From IMG/VR virus record IMGVR_UViG_3300044974_000598: a stretch of 64,000 nt of DNA; one strand, written 5' to 3'. Numbering within the stretch: position 1 is the stretch's first letter; each line of letters starts with the position of its first letter. Below are positions 39,401 through 48,806 of the stretch, piece by piece. Origin of the DNA: an uncultured virus (IMG/VR IMGVR_UViG_3300044974_000598). Its lineage: Duplodnaviria; Heunggongvirae; Uroviricota; Caudoviricetes. The position numbers and the translations under genes are program-made. Below the pieces are notes generated by a model that saw only the letters and a program-made list of their open reading frames with translations, had not been told where the DNA came from and searched no databases.

Positions 39401-40303
39401 GCACAAGATAAAAAACAAAGAGCTTTAAAAGGTGAACCAGAGCAATCATTGGCTATGGATATAATTGATGAAATGACATACTCTGCAAAGGCATCTATGA
39501 ATCAATTAGTTTTTGACCAAGGAGCTAGAGTTATGGATGCATTCCAAAAGGGTGGAAATGCAGCAAAATCATATTTTGTTAATAATATTGTTAATAATGC
39601 TGTAGGAACCATTACCGGAAGTGAAATGGTTCAATTAAGCAGATATACATTACCATACAAAGCACAATTAACAGGAGAAACAGCTTGGGAAGAAATAGTA
39701 AACAATACAAAGCAAAGACAATTCTTAGTTCGTGTAGCTATGAATTTATATAAAGAAGACTCTGGAAATCCACCTTCAAAAATTTCTATATTTGATGGAG
39801 AGCCTATTAAAAACGACAATTCTGTTTTAGGTGTAGCGGGAAGTATGATGGGGATGGAAAGTGGAAGTCAGGACAAATTTGGAGCTATTATATTTAATGA
39901 TTTCCAAAGGACAAATAATGTTGACTTTTTCCCACCATCCATACCAAAGCAAATTAAAGTCGATGATACTGAAATTAAATTAACACCATCAGAAAGAAGA
40001 GATTTAACTATAGCTATAGGTAAGGCAAATTACAATCAATTATCACCTTTTATAAACGATATGGCATCTTCTTTATATGGTAGATATAGCAAATTGACTG
40101 ATGCTCAAAAAGTCGTAGTTTTAAAAGATTATTACCAACAAGCAGTTCAAGAGGGATTAGAGCAGTTTAAAATAAACAATCCTAAATTCCAAAATGGCGT
40201 TATTGACATGGAAAAAATAAAAAGGGAAATTAATGAAATTACAGTCCCTGCAATATTATTTGAAGCAGAAGTAGCAAAACAGAAGGATATAAACAAAAAA
40301 TAG
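36452..40303 (+). CDS. large ejection/cargo protein
   Basis: 1283 aa, mostly helical; PFINIPAN and FGPLG motifs typical of podovirus large internal proteins. Confidence 0.6.
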   Translation: MAECLYYIDIKGVSTPMTESELKAYLEKGGIDDLVKNGDIDLSKIKTKEYAVQEPSTGKVLQRPQSGTGETGGERPRVEPSKQGEKTAIQGEDNEKIKTPRERKKAILNTLLGANLSGETKMLIEENGTYFEANMEQAENAAKAIIADIGVENAIIAAKTGEVHPSVGSAIFGESINNLFLQEQALRKDGKTNEADDLALRQADLISEYSDISTSSGQWIAQIKRFYKTSPLGIVMKINTERKQLLKERFAKDELSLKSLYDQIIKGEEVQGYIKQKAEEILKEERQEQRKTRKENIFKKIDDTAKLWIQKLAGVQGVEKMGIGVEEIINTAAEAMKKAYAAGESVTAIIDDAIRYISQKLGTENWDKDAFKQDWLDKLTLESEKKEQKYIEALDRKRKELERRIKENDFSAEKYKEKETLSEKATVAKKELDDIKQLYNEAKKLSPEYIDKKSKQYLDNFRQKLKAINDIQKEEIVNRSIKRLIENGALEYDDFKKIIAESIGLAELSPEDVKNIESLMTTINSTKDLEDKMISLVNGDEKELNKAIEVYDKAVDDASLASTEMYNVLSRNSDITQTLRSLITGQILGIPTLIKNPVYNIVYQSQLRFPKAVVKNILEQGLYWASVLNQKYISSQSPIYKPKSSLWLANLGYFKQGKRGAKQGYKNFLLGITQPDFNSKTAYQSSLSPKQAIKDIEFYKAGQKLLTKTELLDRRIRASWPARRADFILRAMGLGDLPQRYAAEGATAMQIAVMELGLINDTDIIAFMRAPQKVAFKILSDEKNPNAASLSEEMANRIISEGEKAVFQEKSFLARISDWVDKALKISKEDSKLIKGAKGIVSIAKTTSYPFINIPANVAWSTFKAVNPAFALSQSALHTIQYKINEKNGNASKAREYEEKAKDAFTHAVVGYGLAYAAAWLVANGFIRPSNDRDTKEKESLGESVFGRQNQLNWGALHGGEDYWIDLTWFGPLGAIAETKAEIAQDKKQRALKGEPEQSLAMDIIDEMTYSAKASMNQLVFDQGARVMDAFQKGGNAAKSYFVNNIVNNAVGTITGSEMVQLSRYTLPYKAQLTGETAWEEIVNNTKQRQFLVRVAMNLYKEDSGNPPSKISIFDGEPIKNDNSVLGVAGSMMGMESGSQDKFGAIIFNDFQRTNNVDFFPPSIPKQIKVDDTEIKLTPSERRDLTIAIGKANYNQLSPFINDMASSLYGRYSKLTDAQKVVVLKDYYQQAVQEGLEQFKINNPKFQNGVIDMEKIKREINEITVPAILFEAEVAKQKDINKK

Positions 40304-40315
40304 CTATAAATTTCT

Positions 40316-40323
40316 TATATTTG
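40316..40323 (+). promoter_or_regulatory. -7 promoter box for the fibre operon
   Basis: TATATTTG in the intergenic gap. Confidence 0.6.
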
Positions 40324-40340
40324 GGTAAAATTTTAATACA

Positions 40341-40859
40341 ATGCCTCTCTCCCCAAATTTTACCGCATCCCAGAATAGCGGCACGCCTAATTTAATTTTT
40401 TTAACTGATACCTCAACGGGTTCAGATGGAACTATTACTAAGCGTAGAATTTATTTATTACAATCAGATGGTACTTATTTGGTACCAGCGGGAACCGCTA
40501 CCAATTATATTGAGTGGGCATTGGTGGATGTAACCACTAGTTTAAATGTACTAATACAAGATACAGCATTAAGTATTACTGTCCAGTGGTTAACAGCTTC
40601 AAATGTGGTAGTAGCAACTAAAACCACATCCTTTGCCTTTACAGCATACAATGAAACTTTCTATTATGGTTTAACTGAAAGCCAAGTAGCAAATGCAAAT
40701 CTTACAGCAAGCACTAACTGGTATCAAACTAAAATGATACTTAGAGTAGAATTAGATTCTGCATACCAAGCTATATCTTTTGCGTCTGATATTTTCAGTG
40801 CGCAAGCAGCTTTAAACAGAGCGACATTCATTAGTACAAACCAAAGTTATTTCTTCTAA
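40341..40859 (+). CDS. probable tail hub/structural protein
   Basis: Ig/PKD-like start (FTASQ...LTDTSTG); heads the fibre operon. Confidence 0.5.
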   Translation: MPLSPNFTASQNSGTPNLIFLTDTSTGSDGTITKRRIYLLQSDGTYLVPAGTATNYIEWALVDVTTSLNVLIQDTALSITVQWLTASNVVVATKTTSFAFTAYNETFYYGLTESQVANANLTASTNWYQTKMILRVELDSAYQAISFASDIFSAQAALNRATFISTNQSYFF

Positions 40860-40869
40860 ATAAATAGTA

Positions 40870-41397
40870 ATGCCAACACCAGCAGAAGTTTTATCGATAG
40901 CCAAAATAGCTGAATACCTATGGAACGATACAATTCCAAAAGAAAAAGGATTTTTTAATGGTACCATAGACCCAAGAAAAGCAATTCAATTATATATGGA
41001 GTGGAAGGCTTTGAATTTTGGTATTACCCAAAATATAAGCACTATACCCGGCGTAAGTAATTACGTCTTTGCTCTTTGTGGGGCTAAGGTTGCAATAGCA
41101 CAAGAAATATTAGCTAATGGTAGCTCTGGTGGTAATGTAGTACCGGGCGGTGGTGGACAAGGTGTTCGCGAATACTCTAATTTTGCAGTAGAAGGAACAG
41201 CTAGCATCACATTCTCTGAAGCAGTAAATACAACTTTACTTTATGCATCAAGAGGTGGTTTGGATGTTGGTGCCATCCTTACTTCAGGCACACCAACTGG
41301 AAATCAAGTATTATGGACATCATCAACAGGAACTTTAACTGTTGCATCTACTGTACCTTTCTACTTAAATGAATTTGTTAGAATACTAGTTAAATAA
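40870..41397 (+). CDS. probable structural protein
   Basis: Two-domain protein with a Gly linker in the fibre operon. Confidence 0.5.
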   Translation: MPTPAEVLSIAKIAEYLWNDTIPKEKGFFNGTIDPRKAIQLYMEWKALNFGITQNISTIPGVSNYVFALCGAKVAIAQEILANGSSGGNVVPGGGGQGVREYSNFAVEGTASITFSEAVNTTLLYASRGGLDVGAILTSGTPTGNQVLWTSSTGTLTVASTVPFYLNEFVRILVK

Positions 41398-41401
41398 TAT
41401 T

Positions 41402-41917
41402 ATGCGCCAGATAAAAGACAATTTAGACTATTTAGTAACTGTTGAGGGTAGAGTTTTTTCATTGAAAACTATGAGGTTTATGAAAACTACTAAAAGACCA
41501 GATGGTTATGTTTATGTTAGGATAGCGAATAAAACACATAGAGTACATAGACTAGTGGCGCAAACGTATATCCTAAACCCAGAAAATAAACCACAAGTAA
41601 ACCATATGGATGGTAATAAAGCAAACAATATGCTATGTAATTTGGAATGGATGACTCAATCAGAAAACATTCAGCATTCATTTGATATAGGATTAAGACC
41701 AATTAGTGAAGCTCTTAGAGAAAGTGGTAGAATAGCAGCAAGAGATTTTGGGGCAAAAAATGGTTTTGTTTTTAAGAAAATTGTATTAGATACAGAAACG
41801 GGAGTTTTTTATGAAGGAGTGCAAGCAGCAGCTGGTACAATTGGAGTTACTAAGAAACATTTATATAGAAAGCTAAGTGGAGAATTAAAGAATACAACAA
41901 AATTTAAATACGTTTAA
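41402..41917 (+). CDS. HNH homing endonuclease (NUMOD4-type)
   Basis: HRVHRLVAQTYILNPENKPQVNHMDGNKANN..CNLEW. Confidence 0.9.
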   Translation: MRQIKDNLDYLVTVEGRVFSLKTMRFMKTTKRPDGYVYVRIANKTHRVHRLVAQTYILNPENKPQVNHMDGNKANNMLCNLEWMTQSENIQHSFDIGLRPISEALRESGRIAARDFGAKNGFVFKKIVLDTETGVFYEGVQAAAGTIGVTKKHLYRKLSGELKNTTKFKYV

Positions 41918-41918
41918 G

Positions 41919-44900
41919 ATGGCAATACAAGGATTAATTTCAGGCGATTTAAAGGTAAGAGGTCTTAATGGCGTCCTTGTAGCCACTGATGGTATTGTAA
42001 CCGCTACTAGCTTCTCATCAGGTAGTTCTGGAACGGCGGGTAGCTCGGGTTCTTCGGGAACATCAGCAACTTCGGGAACTTCGGGTACTTCAGGGACATC
42101 GGGCAGCTCGGGAACGACAGGGACATCAGGTAGTTCAGGCACTTCGGGTACAACGGGTTCATCAGGAACATCGGGTACATCAGCAACTGATGGGACAGCA
42201 GGAACTTCAGGCACTTCTGGAACGGCGGGTACAACGGGAACATCGGGTACAACAGGTTCTTCAGGAACTTCAGGCACATCGGCAACAGCGGGTACTTCAG
42301 GTACTTCGGGTACATCAGCCACAGATGGTACAGGGGGAACTTCAGGTACTTCGGGAACATCGGGTACGGCAGGTTCTTCAGGCACATCGGCAACTTCGGG
42401 TACTACGGGAACTTCAGGCACAGCGGGTTCTTCAGGGACTGCGGGTACAACAGGAACTTCGGGGACATCAGGCAGCTCAGGGACTTCAGCGACATCGGGA
42501 ACGACAGGTACTTCGGGAACATCTGCAACATCAGGAACATCAGGTACAAGCGGTTTACAAGGTGACAGATACGCCACAACTTCATCGACAACATTTACAT
42601 TGGGTAATGCAGGAACTTTAACTGTAGGTACTCAATTAGCATATACAATAGCTCAATCTATTATTGTGGTCTTTGATGCTAATAACTTCCAAGAGTGTGA
42701 GGTTACAGCTTATAATCCAGCAACGGGTTCTTTATCATTCGCAGCACCAACTAGAACAGTGGGTAGTGGAACTTATTCTGCTTGGTCTGTTAACTTAGAT
42801 GGTGCGAGTGGAGGTGATGGTAGCTCAGGTACTTCAGGTACTTCTGCTACAGCGGGGACATCGGGAACTACAGGGTCTTCGGGTACATCGGGTACTACGG
42901 GTTCATCGGGAACGACTGGTACGTCAGGCTCATCAGGGTCAAGCGGTAGCTCAGGAACTTCGGCAACTTCGGGAACAACAGGAACTTCGGGTTCATCGGG
43001 AACGACAGGAACTTCGGGTTCATCAGCTACATCGGGTACTTCAGGAACTACTGGTCGTAATGGTATCGATGGTTCATCAGGAGCTTCAATTGCTAACTGG
43101 TATGGTTCATTTTCTGATAGTACAACGCAAACAATTACAGCAGCAAATACACCAACGGCAATAACATATAACACTGTTGAAATATCTAATGGTATTGCAA
43201 TAAGTGGTTCTCAAATACAATACCAACATACAGGAATATATGAAATAGGATATTCATTACAAATAGAAAGAACGAGTGGTGGAAGTGATGTTGATGTAGA
43301 TATATTTTTAAGATTGAATGGAACAGATATTGTTAGAACAGATTCTATTCTAGCCATCAACAGTAACAATGCAAAAGCGTTACCATTTGTTTCTAATATT
43401 TTACAATTAAACGCTACTGATTATTTAGAAATATTATTTGCTTCGCCAAGTGCAGCAGTAAGAATAACAGCAGTACCAGCTCAAACAGTACCATATGCTC
43501 ATCCAGCAGCACCTTCTATTATTGTTGTAACAAAACAAGTAGGGGTAGCAGTAGGTACAACATCAGGAACTAGTGGCAGCAGTGGTAGCTCGGGAACAAG
43601 TGGTGGAACAGGGTCGTCAGGTTTGTCTGGTTCAGATGGTACATCGGGTTCTTCGGGAACAAGTGGTGGAACGGGTTCAAGCGGTTCAGCGGGTTCGTCA
43701 GGAACTTCGGGTACGGCGGGTACTACAGGTACATCGGGTTCGTCAGGAACTTCGGGTACTACGGGTACTTCTGGTACGTCAGCTACTTCGGGTACATCGG
43801 GAACCACAGGTACTTCAGGAACTTCAGCCACATCAGGTTCAACGGGTACATCAGGGTCTTCAGGAACGAGCGGTAACGCAACAACATCGGCAAGAGCGGT
43901 TCAGACTTTTACATCGACTTCAGGTCAAACAACTTTTACTGTTACCAATGGTTACAATCTTGGAATGGTAGATGTGTTTGTGAATGGAGTAAAATTTGTT
44001 AATGGTACTGATTTTACTGCGACAGATGGTACAACAGTGGCTCTAGCAGCGGGTTTGGCGGCTGGTAACATTGTTGAGATAGATAATTTATTGACGGCAT
44101 ATTTACCAACAAACGCATTAAGAACTATAACTACTTTTACTGCGACAGCTGGTCAGAGTGCTTTTTCAGTTAGTTATACTCAAGGGCTAATTGATGTTTT
44201 TTATAATGGTTCTTGTTTAGCTCAATCAGAATATATAGCTATTAATGGTACAAGTGTAACATTGGTAACAGCGTGTCAAGTTAATGATATAGTAGTAGTT
44301 TATGCTTACTCTTATTCAGTAGGAGCTTATAGTGGTATTGGTGGTAGTGGAACAACAAATTACCATCCTAAATTTAGTAACTCAAGTACCATTACAACAA
44401 GTGGTATATATGAAGGTAGTGCAGGGTTTATATCTATTGGTAATACTAATACTACCTATAACTTAGATGTTACAGGTACAGGAAGATTTACTACTGCTCT
44501 TACTATTGGTTCAACTGAATCAACTTGGAATTTAGCATCATCTAATAAATTACAGATACAAAATTCTATGTTAGTTGGATATAGTACAACAGGTACTTTC
44601 TTAACAATGAACTTAAATTATAATGGTGCTTGGAAATATATATCTACTGGCACTGCTTCTATATATTCACAAGATACAGGCGAGCACGTTTTTTATACAA
44701 GTACAAGTGGTTCAGCAGCAGCAACAGCTACTCTTAACGAGAAAATGAAAATAACTAATGCAGGTCTTGTAGGTATTGGAATGACGCCTGATGTTCCTTT
44801 GCAAGTAAAAGCTGCATCAGGTACATTTACAGCAATAAGAATAGGGCCAAGTGCAAGTGGATTTGAATTAAGCCAAGAAAATGCAGGGTATACAGTATGT

Positions 44901-45572
44901 ACTGTTAAAAACATTTATTCCACAACAAATAGTGCTTCTGAATTATCCTTACAATCTGGTTTTATAACATTTAAAACAGGTACATCTCTTACCGAAAAAA
45001 TGCGTATTACAAGTGATGCTGGTAGTACAGTTGTTATTGGTGGTACAGTTTCCGCATACCCTTCTGCAAATAGAGGTAATTTAACTATAAGTGGTAGTGC
45101 ATCTGCATTATTAGGATTTTCAAACGGAAGTTCTTCAACTGGTTATATTTATAATGACCATTCTGTAAGTGTTTTTCAATGGTATTCATCAACAAATCCT
45201 ATTGAAGTTGCATCAACTACACTTGGAGTAAGATTAAATGCTAATGCAACATCTTGGTCACCTATTTCTTCAGACGAAAGAACAAAAAAGAATTTTGAAA
45301 CTACTCAAGGTTTAATTGAAGTATTACAAATAGAACCTGTTAAATACAATATGTTATCAGAAGATGACAATGCAGTTAAAAGACTTGGATTTAAAGCTCA
45401 AAATTTACAAACATTAATTCCTGAAATGGTATACTCAACAAATAAAAAAATGGAAGATGGTAGCGATATTTTAACCATTACTCCTGATTATTTATTACCT
45501 GTATTAGTAAAAGCTATTCAAGAGATGAATACCAAAATAATTGAATTAGAAAAAATTGTAGCTACAAAATAA
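41919..45572 (+). CDS. tail fibre with Gly-Ser/Thr repeats and a C-terminal S74 intramolecular chaperone
   Basis: Three (G-S/T-S/T)n blocks, TFTATAGQ modules, VGIG repeats, SDERTKKN...LGFKAQ...LVKAIQE. Confidence 0.85.
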   Translation: MAIQGLISGDLKVRGLNGVLVATDGIVTATSFSSGSSGTAGSSGSSGTSATSGTSGTSGTSGSSGTTGTSGSSGTSGTTGSSGTSGTSATDGTAGTSGTSGTAGTTGTSGTTGSSGTSGTSATAGTSGTSGTSATDGTGGTSGTSGTSGTAGSSGTSATSGTTGTSGTAGSSGTAGTTGTSGTSGSSGTSATSGTTGTSGTSATSGTSGTSGLQGDRYATTSSTTFTLGNAGTLTVGTQLAYTIAQSIIVVFDANNFQECEVTAYNPATGSLSFAAPTRTVGSGTYSAWSVNLDGASGGDGSSGTSGTSATAGTSGTTGSSGTSGTTGSSGTTGTSGSSGSSGSSGTSATSGTTGTSGSSGTTGTSGSSATSGTSGTTGRNGIDGSSGASIANWYGSFSDSTTQTITAANTPTAITYNTVEISNGIAISGSQIQYQHTGIYEIGYSLQIERTSGGSDVDVDIFLRLNGTDIVRTDSILAINSNNAKALPFVSNILQLNATDYLEILFASPSAAVRITAVPAQTVPYAHPAAPSIIVVTKQVGVAVGTTSGTSGSSGSSGTSGGTGSSGLSGSDGTSGSSGTSGGTGSSGSAGSSGTSGTAGTTGTSGSSGTSGTTGTSGTSATSGTSGTTGTSGTSATSGSTGTSGSSGTSGNATTSARAVQTFTSTSGQTTFTVTNGYNLGMVDVFVNGVKFVNGTDFTATDGTTVALAAGLAAGNIVEIDNLLTAYLPTNALRTITTFTATAGQSAFSVSYTQGLIDVFYNGSCLAQSEYIAINGTSVTLVTACQVNDIVVVYAYSYSVGAYSGIGGSGTTNYHPKFSNSSTITTSGIYEGSAGFISIGNTNTTYNLDVTGTGRFTTALTIGSTESTWNLASSNKLQIQNSMLVGYSTTGTFLTMNLNYNGAWKYISTGTASIYSQDTGEHVFYTSTSGSAAATATLNEKMKITNAGLVGIGMTPDVPLQVKAASGTFTAIRIGPSASGFELSQENAGYTVCTVKNIYSTTNSASELSLQSGFITFKTGTSLTEKMRITSDAGSTVVIGGTVSAYPSANRGNLTISGSASALLGFSNGSSSTGYIYNDHSVSVFQWYSSTNPIEVASTTLGVRLNANATSWSPISSDERTKKNFETTQGLIEVLQIEPVKYNMLSEDDNAVKRLGFKAQNLQTLIPEMVYSTNKKMEDGSDILTITPDYLLPVLVKAIQEMNTKIIELEKIVATK
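42021..43875 (+). repeat. three blocks of Gly-X-Y triplet repeats (X, Y = Ser/Thr/Ala)
   Basis: ~42021-42555, ~42820-43085, ~43553-43875; GTSGSSGTTGTSATS pattern with diversified codons. Confidence 0.9.
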
Positions 45573-45577
45573 AGAAA

Positions 45578-46282
45578 ATGGCATACCATAACCAAATAGA
45601 TAGAGATTGTTACGTTTACAGGCATATACGCTTGGATAAAAACGTACCATTTTATATTGGTATAGGTAAGGTTTATGATTATAGACGAGAAGATTATTAT
45701 AGAGCAATCGTTAAATCACCATCTCAAAGAAATACATCTTGGCTTAGTATTACATCAAGAAGTGAATATGAGGTAGAAATAATGCTAGAAAATCTTACTT
45801 GGGAAGAGGCTGTTATTAAAGAACAAGAGTTTATTGTTTTATATGGTAGATACAATAAAGGTGGTACATTATGTAACAGAACAGATGGTGGCGAAGGAAG
45901 TAAAGGTACAAAGCTAACTCAAGAGCATAAAGATTCTATTAGCGAGAAGGCAAAAGCAAGATTTAGGAATGAGGATTATATAGAAAAATATAGATTTAGA
46001 AAAAGTACTTTTAAGTATTCAGAAGAAACTGTAGAAAAGTTAAAAGAAGCTAGGAAATTAAAAAAGAATCCCCCAAAAGGAGTTAGTTTTACTAAGCCCG
46101 CAATGCCTGTAGTTCAATTAACTAGGGAAGGTGAATATATGATGACGCACAAAAGTATTAGCTCTACTAAAAAATTAGGATATTTGCCTACGAGTATTGT
46201 AAAGGTTTGCAAGGGGAAAGGGAAGTACCATTTAGGTTATCAATGGAAATATTTATCTGATTATAAAAACATAACAAATTGA
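45578..46282 (+). CDS. GIY-YIG-like homing endonuclease with NUMOD domains
   Basis: YVYRHIRLDKNVPFYIGIG...NRTDGGEG; C-terminal PVVQLT...CKGK...GYQW (NUMOD1-like). Confidence 0.85.
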   Translation: MAYHNQIDRDCYVYRHIRLDKNVPFYIGIGKVYDYRREDYYRAIVKSPSQRNTSWLSITSRSEYEVEIMLENLTWEEAVIKEQEFIVLYGRYNKGGTLCNRTDGGEGSKGTKLTQEHKDSISEKAKARFRNEDYIEKYRFRKSTFKYSEETVEKLKEARKLKKNPPKGVSFTKPAMPVVQLTREGEYMMTHKSISSTKKLGYLPTSIVKVCKGKGKYHLGYQWKYLSDYKNITN

Positions 46283-47367
46283 GTAACAATACTATTTTGG
46301 CTACTGCGCCACTGACCACTACCAATTTTATTTTAAAAGCAACAGGTACAACCATAGGCAATAGCTTAATATTTGATAATGGAACTAATGTTGGAATTGG
46401 TAATACTAATACTACTTATAAATTAGAAGTAACAGGAACAGGATATTTTAGTGGTATTGTTGGAATAGGAGTTGCACCAAGTGCTTGGTATAATCTAAAT
46501 GGTTATGTTGCTTTACAAATAGGAAATGCAAGTTTATTTGGGAGAAATTCAGCTAACTCTGAACTTTATTTAAGTTCAAATGTTTATGACAATAGTAGTG
46601 GTGATGCTACATATATTACAACAGATTTTGCATCAAGATATATACAAAATGATGGTACACATACTTGGCTTAGTGCCCCATCAGGAACGGCAGGTGCAGC
46701 TGTTACATTAACACCAAGAATGACAATACTACAAGGAGGTAATGTAGGTATTGGTACAAGTAGTCCTAATGAAAGATTATATGTTTATAATAATGCAGGA
46801 ACAAATCCAACAGGAACTGTTATTAGTGTTGAAACCGCTGGTTCTACTGCTGGGTATGGAGCAGAAGTAAAATTAATAAATAGTAATTCAAGTGGTAGAA
46901 CTTATGGAATTCGCTCTTCTGGTCCTGGTGATGGTCTAGTTGGCTCATATAAGTTTGCAATTATTGATTATACAGCAAATGCAGGAAGATTAATAATTGA
47001 TTCAAGTGGTGTTGTAACTATATCAAATTTAGGTAGTGGTGCAGTTACTGCAACAAGTGGTGTATTATCTACTACATCTGATATGACATTAAAAATTGAA
47101 GATGGATTTATTGATAATGCCTTAGAAAAAGTAATGAATCTAAAGCCTAGATATTTTCATTGGAAAGAAGAAAGTGGATTACCTACTGACATTAGACAAC
47201 TAGGATTTTATGCTCAAGAGGTAAATGAAGCAATAGGAGAAGAAGCAGCTAATACACCTAAGAATGAAAATGATAAATGGGGTATTTACGATAGAGCTTT
47301 AATTGCTATGCTAACAAAAGCAGTACAAGAATTAAAAGCAGAAATAGACGAATTAAAAAATAAATAA
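46279..47367 (+). CDS. tail fibre/spike with S74 chaperone
   Basis: GNVGIG repeats; SDMTLK...LGFYAQEV...LTKAVQEL; TTG start overlaps the endonuclease stop. Confidence 0.8.
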   Translation: MSNNTILATAPLTTTNFILKATGTTIGNSLIFDNGTNVGIGNTNTTYKLEVTGTGYFSGIVGIGVAPSAWYNLNGYVALQIGNASLFGRNSANSELYLSSNVYDNSSGDATYITTDFASRYIQNDGTHTWLSAPSGTAGAAVTLTPRMTILQGGNVGIGTSSPNERLYVYNNAGTNPTGTVISVETAGSTAGYGAEVKLINSNSSGRTYGIRSSGPGDGLVGSYKFAIIDYTANAGRLIIDSSGVVTISNLGSGAVTATSGVLSTTSDMTLKIEDGFIDNALEKVMNLKPRYFHWKEESGLPTDIRQLGFYAQEVNEAIGEEAANTPKNENDKWGIYDRALIAMLTKAVQELKAEIDELKNK

Positions 47368-47369
47368 TT

Positions 47370-48575
47370 ATGGGACTTACACAGAAATTGGGTACTATCC
47401 CTTTAGCAATACTAACTGACGCATCTAACAACGTAGGAATAGGAGCAGCACCTAGTGGTAGTTATAAATTAGAAGTAACTGGTACAGCTAAGGTTAGTGG
47501 ACAATTAAATACTAATAATATTATTGTTACAGGCACAACAGGTGCTTTGTTTGGTGGTAACGCTGCTACTACTGCTGCGGTATATGGTTATATTAATAAT
47601 ACAACAGGTAGATTTTATTTTGGTACTGAAAGTAGTACAGGTGGAACAATTACAACTGGTTCAACTGCATATTATGGACAAATAGCAGCACAAGGATTGC
47701 AATTATCAGCTAATACAGGAGGTAATGTTCATATGACCATAACTCCGTCAGGTAATGTGGGCATAGGCACGAATGCTCCAAATAGTTCTGGATATGGTAA
47801 TTTGGTTTTAACTATAGGGAATGGAAGTACTAAAATTGATAATGCAATTGAATTATTTGGAAGTAGTGGTGTAGATGGTGGACTTGGTGATATTGCTTTT
47901 CTTAATGGAGCTGACACAAGTGCTGATAAAAGAATGGCAGTAATTAGATGTAATAGAGATAGTAATAATACAAGTGGAGCTATATTATTTTACACCAAAA
48001 ATACCGGAAGTTTTCAATTATCTAATCGAATTACAAGTACGGGTAAAATAATAAGTGCTTGTACTGAAAATTCATTTACTTATGATATGACAAATAGTAA
48101 TGCTACTTCTCCAAGTGGCTTACAAATAGGTTTATCAGGCGGTGTTTTTAATAATACTACTCAAAGATTTATAGAGTGCTACACATCTAATGGAGATAAA
48201 TTTAGAGTTTATACCAATGGTAACGTAGTAAATTCAAATAATAGTTATGGACCTTTATCTGACATTAAATTAAAAGAAAATATTACTGATACATCTGCTA
48301 AACTTGATAAATTAATGCAAGTAAGGATTGTCAATTATAATTTAATAAATGACCCTGAATTAAAACAAATAGGTGTTATTGCTCAAGAATTAGAACAAGT
48401 ATTCCCAGGATTAGTAGATGAACATCAAGATACTGATAGAGAAGGGAATGATTTAGGCACTACAACTAAGTCAGTTAAAATGTCTGTATTTGTTCCAATA
48501 CTTATCAAAGCAATGCAAGAGCAAAACCAAATCATTCAAGAATTAAATGAAAGATTAAACAAAGCAGGGTTGTAG
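47370..48575 (+). CDS. tail fibre/spike with S74 chaperone
   Basis: NVGIG repeats; SDIKLKENI...IGVIAQELEQVFP...LIKAMQE. Confidence 0.85.
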   Translation: MGLTQKLGTIPLAILTDASNNVGIGAAPSGSYKLEVTGTAKVSGQLNTNNIIVTGTTGALFGGNAATTAAVYGYINNTTGRFYFGTESSTGGTITTGSTAYYGQIAAQGLQLSANTGGNVHMTITPSGNVGIGTNAPNSSGYGNLVLTIGNGSTKIDNAIELFGSSGVDGGLGDIAFLNGADTSADKRMAVIRCNRDSNNTSGAILFYTKNTGSFQLSNRITSTGKIISACTENSFTYDMTNSNATSPSGLQIGLSGGVFNNTTQRFIECYTSNGDKFRVYTNGNVVNSNNSYGPLSDIKLKENITDTSAKLDKLMQVRIVNYNLINDPELKQIGVIAQELEQVFPGLVDEHQDTDREGNDLGTTTKSVKMSVFVPILIKAMQEQNQIIQELNERLNKAGL

Positions 48576-48626
48576 CTACATTTGGATAATTAAATTAATT
48601 AAGTATCTTTGTAAAAATAAAAATAT

Positions 48627-48806
48627 ATGAACCAAGAAACCAAACAATTACCAGTACCATCATTAACAGCAGAACAAGTTCAAGTATTAATGAACTATGC
48701 TAACGAGCAATTACCAACTAAATATGGTAAAGAAATACTAGGATTCATTGAGAAAGTAGCCATCGACCTAGACAAAGCTCAAGTTACAGAGGCAATTGCT
48801 GAATAA
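48627..48806 (+). CDS. small hypothetical protein (59 aa, not in ORF track)
   Basis: MNQETKQLPVPSLTAEQVQVLMNYANEQLPTKYGKEILGFIEK...; own TATCTTTG box at 48604-48611. Confidence 0.6.
   Translation: MNQETKQLPVPSLTAEQVQVLMNYANEQLPTKYGKEILGFIEKVAIDLDKAQVTEAIAE

Noticed and set aside
41402..41917. Group I intron around the HNH gene (likewise at 45578 and 59212)
   Set aside because: Flanking genes end and start within a few nucleotides, leaving no room for an intron core.
41885..43971. Long alternative-frame and antisense ORFs (PEVP-rich, RQELQ-rich) over the fibre repeats
   Set aside because: They are shadows of the Gly/Ser/Thr codon repeats, which lack stops in other frames; no start signals support them.
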